Shown here: in pieces, positions 56,870-64,000 of the stretch
Layout: every line of letters starts with the position of its first letter
Position numbering within the stretch: the stretch's first letter is position 1
DNA from: Saprolegnia diclina VS20
Lineage: Eukaryota
DNA length: 64,000 bases
Assembly (NCBI RefSeq): GCF_000281045.1
Contig: NW_008246105.1
Coordinates: forward strand, 405,762-469,761
Reading direction: 5' to 3'
Program-made: the position numbers and the translations under genes
Notes under the pieces: generated by a model
Told to the model about the DNA's origin: nothing
Database searches by the model: none
Seen by the model: only the letters and a program-made list of their open reading frames with translations

Positions 56870-58192
56870 TTACATGAACGAGTCGTCGTCAAAGTCGTCG
56901 TCGCTGTCGCCTTCGTACTCCATCTCCATGAAGTCAACCTGCCACCGGAGAATGCCGCCAATGCCACCAAAGCCCTGGCAAAACTGCGAGCCTTCCTGGG
57001 AGCGGGCCGTGACAAACTCGAGCGCAGTACCAAACGTCTTGTAGTTGTTGGCAAACCACTCGACGAGCGGCTCCTTCTCCGTGACCTCGAGCGTCTCGCC
57101 CGTCTCGGCGTCCATAAAGTTGGCCGCGACCTTCTCCTCGGCCGGCGACAGAATCTTGTGCACTTCCTCGCCCGTCTGGTTGTTGCGCATCGAGATGCGG
57201 TGGTGCGGCAGGTCTTCCCAGAGGATGAGCGTCTCGACGGCGCCGAGCTCGAGCGCCTTCATGGTATCCGCGACACCAAAGCAGTACTTGCCAGAGTCCA
57301 TCGCGATCTCTTCCATGTATTTGCAGATGAGCTTCTTCTCCTGGACAAACTTGACGTTCGAGAGCGTGTCGGCCGCGAGCTCAATCGCCTGGTTGAAGCC
57401 GTTCTCGCCACCGTACGAGACATCGACAATCTTGACCACGATCTCCTGGAGGCGCTTGTCAAAGATATCCGACTGGTTGAGCTCGTTCTTGAAGTCGGCG
57501 GAACCGGCGAGCACGAGGTTCGTGACGTTCGGGCGGTCGTTCGTGATGAACATCTGCGTCGCCGTCTCAGCGACCTTGCGCACGTAATGCTGGCGCTTCT
57601 CGAGACGGATACGGCCGAAACGCATGGCGGACTGACCACCGCGACCGTGCTTCTTGGGCAAATCGACCGAGAACTTGTGGAGGATCTCACGCGAGTTACC
57701 GGCGACCGTACCGTACAGCGCGCCGTTACCGTCCATGATGATGAAGCCAAAGCGATCGTTGTCCTGGAGGAGCTCGCCGAGCGCTTCCGTGTGGAACTTG
57801 TTGTCGCACATGTACAGCGACGTGTTGATGGGCTTGAACGGCTCAAAGTCAAAGTTGAGACGTTTCTCCTTGCCGTCCTCGGTCATGCACGTGCCGCAGT
57901 ACATGACGAGGCCGTTCGGCGGGCACTTGGTGTACAGCTTCAGGCGCTGCTGCGTCGACGTAATAGCACCGAGCACAGACAGGCGGTTCACGCGCGACTT
58001 GATGTTCGAGGCCGTGCCATACTCGTCCTGGAGCATGCGCGCGACGCGCGAGATCTGGTCCTTGGGCGGGATCACGAGCGAGATCATGGACGTCCCGTTA
58101 CCGCGCGCGGCCTGGAGGTTCTTGATGAGCTTCTTCATCTGGAAGAGCTTCACTTGCTCTTCCTCCTTGCTCAAGCCTGCTTGCGACGACAT
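56870..58192 (-). CDS. ETF1: Eukaryotic peptide chain release factor 1, single exon
   Basis: [42 protein letters not shown]. Confidence 0.98.
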   Translation of the reverse strand: MSSQAGLSKEEEQVKLFQMKKLIKNLQAARGNGTSMISLVIPPKDQISRVARMLQDEYGTASNIKSRVNRLSVLGAITSTQQRLKLYTKCPPNGLVMYCGTCMTEDGKEKRLNFDFEPFKPINTSLYMCDNKFHTEALGELLQDNDRFGFIIMDGNGALYGTVAGNSREILHKFSVDLPKKHGRGGQSAMRFGRIRLEKRQHYVRKVAETATQMFITNDRPNVTNLVLAGSADFKNELNQSDIFDKRLQEIVVKIVDVSYGGENGFNQAIELAADTLSNVKFVQEKKLICKYMEEIAMDSGKYCFGVADTMKALELGAVETLILWEDLPHHRISMRNNQTGEEVHKILSPAEEKVAANFMDAETGETLEVTEKEPLVEWFANNYKTFGTALEFVTARSQEGSQFCQGFGGIGGILRWQVDFMEMEYEGDSDDDFDDDSFM

Positions 58193-59157
58193 CTTGGCTG
58201 CTTCTTCCTTCGGGTCGCGATGGCGAAATGGGCTCGAGGACCACCAAAATTAGACTGGGGCTGCCCTTTCCGGCATTAAATTGGCAGCGGTTTTCATCCC
58301 CCTTTGTATTTTATAATGTGTCTATTTCTACGACATTTTTAAAATAGCTCGTTCTATGTATGCCATGACCCGGCTCCATAGTTATTGAATAAAATATTCA
58401 ACCCCATTGCATTATATATTGCCCAAAATAAAATACATAAAAAGCCACCACGCCCAGTCTATTAAAAATGGATTTTCTTGAAATTTTATTGCTGATGGAC
58501 GCTGCTTCGTGCTGCAAACGCCGCATATTTTTATTCGCAATTTAATGCGCCCCGACAGCGCTCCACGTTGCGCTGCACAAATCGAGTGGCCCTCGCAGTC
58601 CAGGCACCGGCGTTAAAGCGTTAAACCTCTCAAAACGCATATAACCCATCGCGACCGACATACAAGGGAGCGCACTCGTTCGACAAGGAGGTTGACACCG
58701 TTCCACGAGCGACCATCGCTCGCAGAGTCAGGCTCCAAGGTCACTCACACCTGTCGCAAGCTGTGCATCCTCCTTGACGCCGCATGAAGAACACTTGGGG
58801 AGTTCCAAGTCACGGTCCATTCTCGCTTCTTCTCGGGCTTTGGAGAAAGTGCTTTTTAGGACTTTGCCAAGATCGTCCAGGCGTTATATTTATTTATAGA
58901 GTTAAACGCGATTGACCTCTCTCTTCCCACCGCATGACAATCAGCAACGATGTTAAGCGTCAACCAGGTGCCCAAGCGTACCTCCATCGATTTGGCCCTC
59001 GAGCACGTGATGATCCTGGTCAGTAGCGTCGTCAATGACGTCCGGCTCGCGTGATGAAGTGGCTGATGTTGGCGACATGCAATTTAAAAGGGTATCAAGT
59101 CTCGCAGGATTGGCGCCGGGTTCAAGGTGTGATATTCGTGCATCATCGCTCGGGACC

Positions 59158-60240
59158 ATGAGCGGCAACGCCACCATCGGTACGTCGGAACCTCGCGCGC
59201 TTGAGGCTCACGCGCCGCTAGTGCCCGTGATCCACCTCGAGTTCCACTACAAGCAGTTCGATACCTTCCTCGCGGTCGGCTATGCAATCGCAACGCTGCT
59301 CGCGTTCTGGGTGCTCTGCTGCCACATGAGCGGCTCGGCGCGGGACCCGGGCACGACAGGCTTCTTCACGCTCATGTCGCTCGCCGCGCTCGTGCGCTCG
59401 GTATGGTACGCCACACCCTACAGCGTGCACGTCTCGGGCTACGTGCCGCAGCGCGTCTACATCTTTGACGACGGCTGGTACATGCTCTTCATCTCCGAGA
59501 TCGCCGAGATGGCCGGTACGTACATCCTGTACACGGTCTTCATCCTCATGGTGGTTTTCTGGGCCGACATCTTGCATGGGTCCGGATCCTTCGGAGTGGT
59601 CGGATGCTGATACTGGAGTAGGGCGTTTGACCGGCAGGACGCGCCGACGTACCCGATGCGGGTGTTTGCGACGCTCTGCTTCCTCCTCGGCATTGCGGTC
59701 TCGACGGGCTTTGCGCTCTTTGGCTGCAGCCGCATCGACTCGCTCTGGCTGCTCATGTACAACGACATCGTTGTCGTCGTCCTCTCGCTCGTGACGTTCG
59801 TGTTTGTCGCGATCTTTGCCTGCCGCATGCGCACGGTGCTCATCGCGATCCTCGAAGTGAGCCAGGTCGAGACCACTGCGCGCATCCAGACGGTCACGCG
59901 CACGGGCTTCATCTGCTGCCTCTTTCTGCTGCTGAATGCGTGCTTTGCCCTCGTGATGACATACCACATGTACGAGCTCCAGTTTGATGCGTCGATCCCG
60001 ACCGGCTCGACCCAGTGGTTCCTCTTCATCATGGCCAAGCACCTCATGGAAATCTGCGTGCTCTACTTCCTCCTCTGGACGCTCTGGAGCACGTCGCCGC
60101 CGGACGAGCCGCACATGTCGGGCAAGTCCCAAGCCGACCGCCGCCAGTACGAGAAGATCCCAGAGCTCGAAGACCAAGCGCAGAAGACGCTCACGACGAC
60201 CAACAATGGATCCGGCCGGCATTATCACGAGAATTTGTAA
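59158..60240 (+). CDS. 7TM THH1/TOM1/GPR137-like membrane protein, 2 exons
   Basis: About seven hydrophobic helices, LYTVFILMVVFWADI motif, intron at about 59579-59621. Confidence 0.72.
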
Positions 60241-60449
60241 CCCAAGATACGCAGGGCCGTGTACTCGTGTGTGATTGGCCAGTTTATATGCGACATGTCC
60301 GGAAAGCACCAATCACATACGTCGATATGACGTGGCAGCTCAGAACGATGCCTCTGCGGTAGCTGGTTTGATGGTGCAATCTAGCGACGCAACAACGTAC
60401 GAACGAAAGTAGTGCGTGCAAACACATATATACTTTTAGGGCTTTGTCG

Positions 60450-61765
60450 TTACGCGTGGTCGTCGGTCAAATCGTCGTTGAGGTTCACATGAAGCTCCTT
60501 GGCGACTTGCAGCATGTCCTTGTCACCGCGGCCGCTCACGTTGATAACGATGACCTTGCCAGGGCCGAGCTCAGCGGCCAGCTTGAGACCATACGAGATC
60601 GCGTGGGAGCTCTCGAGGGCAGGGATGATACCTTCCTGCTTGCAGCAAATTTGAAACCCTTCGAGCGCCTCCTTGTCCGTGATGCTCACGTACGTCGCGC
60701 GGCCCGAGTCCTTGAGGAAGGCGTGCTCGGGGCCAACGCCAGCGTAGTCGAGACCGGCCGACACACTGTGCGTCTCGATGACCTGGCCGGCGGCGTCTTG
60801 CATGACGTACGTCTTTGTGCCGTGGAGCACACCGATGCGGCCGCCGACAATCGTCGACGAGTGGCGACCCGTGTCGACGCCTTCGCCACCGGCCTCGACG
60901 CCGTAGATAGCAACGTCGTTGTCCTTGGCGAACGGGTGGAACATGCCGATAGCGTTGCTGCCGCCGCCGACACACGCCACAATGGCATCGGGAAGGCGCC
61001 CGATCTCTTCGTTGAGCTGGGCCTTGATCTCGCGGCCAATAATCGTCTGGAAGTCCCGCACGATTGTCGGGAACGGGTGCGGGCCGATCGCCGACCCAAT
61101 GATGTAGTGCGTCGAGTCGACGTTGGCGACCCAGTCGCGGAGCGCTTCGTTCACTGCGTCCTTGAGCGTCATGGAGCCCGACTTGACGGCCACGACCTTG
61201 GCGCCGAGCATCTTCATGCGGAAGACGTTGAGCGATTGGCGCTAGGAAAGATGATGAGGACGAGTACAAAGGGGGTGGAGTGTGTTACCTGCGTGTCTTC
61301 ATACCCCATGTACACGGTGCAGTCGAGGTCCAAGAGCGCGCACGCCGTGGCCGTCGCGACACCGTGCTGACCCGCGCCCGTCTCGGCAATAATACGGCGC
61401 TTTCCGAGGCGACGGGCCAAGACCGCTTGCCCGATCGCGTTGTTGATCTTGTGCGCGCCCGTGTGCGCGAGGTCTTCGCGCTTGAGGTAAATGTCGGCGC
61501 CGCCGGCGAGCGCCGTGAGCCGCTTCGCAAGGTACAGCGGCGTCGGGCGGCCAATGTAGTCGCGGCCAAGCTTCTCGAGCTCTTCGCGGAACGACGGGTC
61601 CTGCGTCGCCTTGACGTACTCGTCGATGAGCTGGTGGTGCGCGGCGATGAGCGTCTCGGCCACAAAGCAGCCGCCAAACTGGCCAAAGTACGCGTTGAGC
61701 TCCTCCTTGCTGTTGTAGACCGGCGGCGCGTTCGAGACGGCGAGGTACTTGGACGGCGTCGACAT
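60450..61765 (-). CDS. trpB: Tryptophan synthase beta chain, 2 exons
   Basis: [23 protein letters not shown] (PLP Lys), [37 protein letters not shown]. Confidence 0.97.
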
Positions 61766-62226
61766 GGGTCGGAGCGAAGATTTCTAATAATGCGCCTTCC
61801 TCTGCCACGCCCGTGGATCGTCCGGATACGGATAAAAAGGCGCGGGCCAATCAGACACGCGTCAAGGTGAATGCGCATTGCAGCACGTGTTCCTGAGGTC
61901 GCGTGGCGCGTGGGGAAGTTTCCGCGGCGCCGCCGATGCGCAATCCGGCGCCGGCGCCCGCATGGCGCCGGAAGGTCCCCGAAGCCGGCCCAGTCGGCCC
62001 ACAACGATGTAGGACGATGGAAGCGGCTGTTGAAAAGACGGGAATCCTCTGGGCATCCGTGGCTGGGCTTGCGCCTCGACGAGCTTCAGAGTGAGCGCAG
62101 TTTGGACTGCGTCGTCGATCGTGACCGCTTCGACTATCGCACAAGATACATGTACCCCATCATCACGAGGAAGTTGGAGCTTACTAGCGTTGGTACAGTT
62201 GCTAGTAGCCTGCAGACGAGCACAGT

Positions 62227-62296
62227 GGTCGTTCGTTGGACGCATGTTCCCACGCGACTGGGGTCGTTCGTTGGACGCATGTTCCCACGCGACTGG
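62227..62296. repeat. Perfect 35-bp tandem duplication
   Basis: GGTCGTTCGTTGGACGCATGTTCCCACGCGACTGG x2. Confidence 0.95.
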
Positions 62297-62773
62297 TGAC
62301 GGTGTCTCTAAGCCCATCACACATAGCGTCGAAAGCTGTCATTTCGGGGCTCGGTACGGAGCCAAGTACGCAAGAGGAAGCGTTTCCTGCAGGTGCACTC
62401 GGTGGAGCTGTGCGCTGCTTTGTCGAGGATGGCTCTATGCAGACAACATGTATAGCATTGAATTTCCACAAAACTCTAACGGCAGTGCGCCATAAACTCG
62501 GAGCAAGTGCGTGAACGTGTACATTTTGTCTATCTATTGTTGATGCCAGTGTTGCATAAGCGTCTAAGACCTTAGAGCAGCCAAGTGCTACTAGAAGTGG
62601 GGCGTTTGGTCGCCATTCAAAGTTGTTAACGGTTGACCTTGAGAGCCCAATGACGTGCTCCTCAAAGTCTTCTATGTTGATTGCATTTGGTCGCCAACTG
62701 TAGACGTAGTCAAGCTGCATTAATCTACGGTAATTGAAACGAGGTTTATATACAGGACATCCTCGTCGACACG

Positions 62774-63868
62774 TTAAGGGTGGCTCCAACGCGATGGCAC
62801 AGTCGTTGGCTCGGACGCGTTGGAGCTGCTGCTGGACGAGCCTTCCTTCGGCCCCCACACGGAATCATGCGGCGCAGACGCGTTCTTCGTCGAGTCTGAC
62901 GATGAGATGTTCGACGGGACCACAAAGATGTGCCCAGCCACCTCCTTGGTCGTTGCTGAGGCAGATGTAGGCGCTGCGGTTGATGTCGTCGGCGCTGGGG
63001 TCGTCGTCGTCGGCTTCGGGGTCGTCGTCGTCGGCTTCGGGGTTTCCGTTGTCGGCTTGGGCGTCTCCGTCGTCGGCTTGGGCGTCTCCGTCGTCGGCTT
63101 GGGCGTCTCCGTCGTCGGCTTGGGTGTTTGTGTGGTCGGCTTGGGCGTTTCTGTGGTCGGCTTGGGCGTCACTGTTGTTACTGTCGGGGTAGTGTCCGCC
63201 GACGCATTCGTCTTCGAAGCGGGCAACACGACGATCGAGGACGAGTTCAACGAAACACTAGGCGTTGGCGCCACAGTCGCCGGCTTGGTCGTCGACGGAG
63301 CAGGCGTCAACGGGGCAGAGGTGGAAGGCGAAGGTGTCGAAGGGGCCGATGTCGACGGGGTTGACGTCACATCCGAGTGCGTCGGAGCCTGCGTCGGGAC
63401 CGTCGTTGGGGTGAGAGTCACAAAGCCGTGGGTCGCGTTCGAGGACGAGTTGACACCCAGAAGCGCAGGGCGGGTCGTCGAGTTGTCGTTCTTGGCGCCT
63501 GTGACCGTCGCCCAGGCCTTGGACACCTGGTCCGGGTTGAGCACCGCGACAACGACGCCCGACGTCACGAGGAGCGTCGCGAGCACCGCGAGGTACTTGC
63601 GCCCGTTGCCACCGCTCTTTTCGTACTTTTCTTTTTTGTTTTCCTTTTCGACAGGCGCCTCCTTGCCAATGAGCTCCGCGTCGCTCTTGGTCGAGCTCTT
63701 GGTGCTCGCGAGCTCAATGTCGTCGATGCCGGCGTCGTCCGCCGTGTTCTTCTCCGAGGCCTTGAGCAGCTCCGAGTCCTCAAAGACGTCCTTGGCGCCG
63801 GCCACGGGCGTCATCGCCGGGCCCGTCGTGAAGGCGGCGGGCGTCTCGACCGGCTCCGGTCGCATCAT
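62774..63868 (-). CDS. Mucin-like type II membrane protein with Thr/Pro repeats
   Basis: Acidic N-terminus, one TM YLAVLATLLVTSGVVVAVL, several N-glycosylation sequons, TPKPTTE repeats. Confidence 0.82.
   Translation of the reverse strand: MMRPEPVETPAAFTTGPAMTPVAGAKDVFEDSELLKASEKNTADDAGIDDIELASTKSSTKSDAELIGKEAPVEKENKKEKYEKSGGNGRKYLAVLATLLVTSGVVVAVLNPDQVSKAWATVTGAKNDNSTTRPALLGVNSSSNATHGFVTLTPTTVPTQAPTHSDVTSTPSTSAPSTPSPSTSAPLTPAPSTTKPATVAPTPSVSLNSSSIVVLPASKTNASADTTPTVTTVTPKPTTETPKPTTQTPKPTTETPKPTTETPKPTTETPKPTTETPKPTTTTPKPTTTTPAPTTSTAAPTSASATTKEVAGHIFVVPSNISSSDSTKNASAPHDSVWGPKEGSSSSSSNASEPTTVPSRWSHP
62996..63170 (-). repeat. 21-bp coding tandem repeat (TPKPTT[E/Q/T]) x about 8
   Basis: Directly visible in DNA and protein. 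Confidence 0.92.
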
Positions 63869-64000
63869 CGTCACTGCGCGAATCAGGTCACTCCTTTGAA
63901 AATGGACACGCTAGTATCCGGACCACATTTCACTTGCGACACGCCGCCAGTATTTTATTGAAGTACAGGCAATCCATACAAATATCAAGTCTACCGATTG

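Noticed and set aside
56870..58192. eRF1 as a sign of an altered genetic code
   Set aside because: GTS, TASNIKS, YxCxxxF and GGQ are canonical, and TAA, TAG and TGA all terminate genes in this window.
58820..58860. U2 snRNA-like 5' sequence TCGCTTCTTCTCGGGCTTTGG
   Set aside because: Lacks the branch-site pairing GTGTAGTA and an Sm site.
58260..58950. AT-rich spacer with a few hairpins between eRF1 and the 7TM gene
   Set aside because: Consistent with a divergent promoter region. The stems are short and no closing helix was found.

Overview
Gene-dense, GC-rich eukaryotic scaffold. Very short GT-AG introns (about 40-60 nt), strong GC3 bias, an oomycete-type core promoter and the gene content point to an oomycete, probably Saprolegniales (inferred, no database search). 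About 33 protein-coding genes can be supported: Myb factors, an LRR+IQ protein, two SelT-like paralogs, a PDR/ABCG transporter, a globin, MYG1, PABPN1, DMAP1, an APS kinase-ATP sulfurylase-pyrophosphatase fusion, a PH-ankyrin-AGC kinase, NHE, CPT1, presenilin, ARMC2, eRF1, TrpB and a mucin-like protein. There are two N gaps. I recognised no rRNA, tRNA, CRISPR or autonomous transposon. The least explained signal is non-coding: several intergenic spacers (about 9.75, 12.7-13.1, 17.1, 44.9, 54.7, 56.5 and 62.3 kb) hold 80-420 nt blocks of nested stems. Three lie downstream of a shared CTCGTTACAA motif and three lie next to perfect 26-35 bp tandem duplications. These may be an undescribed class of structured ncRNAs or small elements, but the stems were found by eye and need folding statistics. 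Multi-exon gene boundaries are manual estimates.
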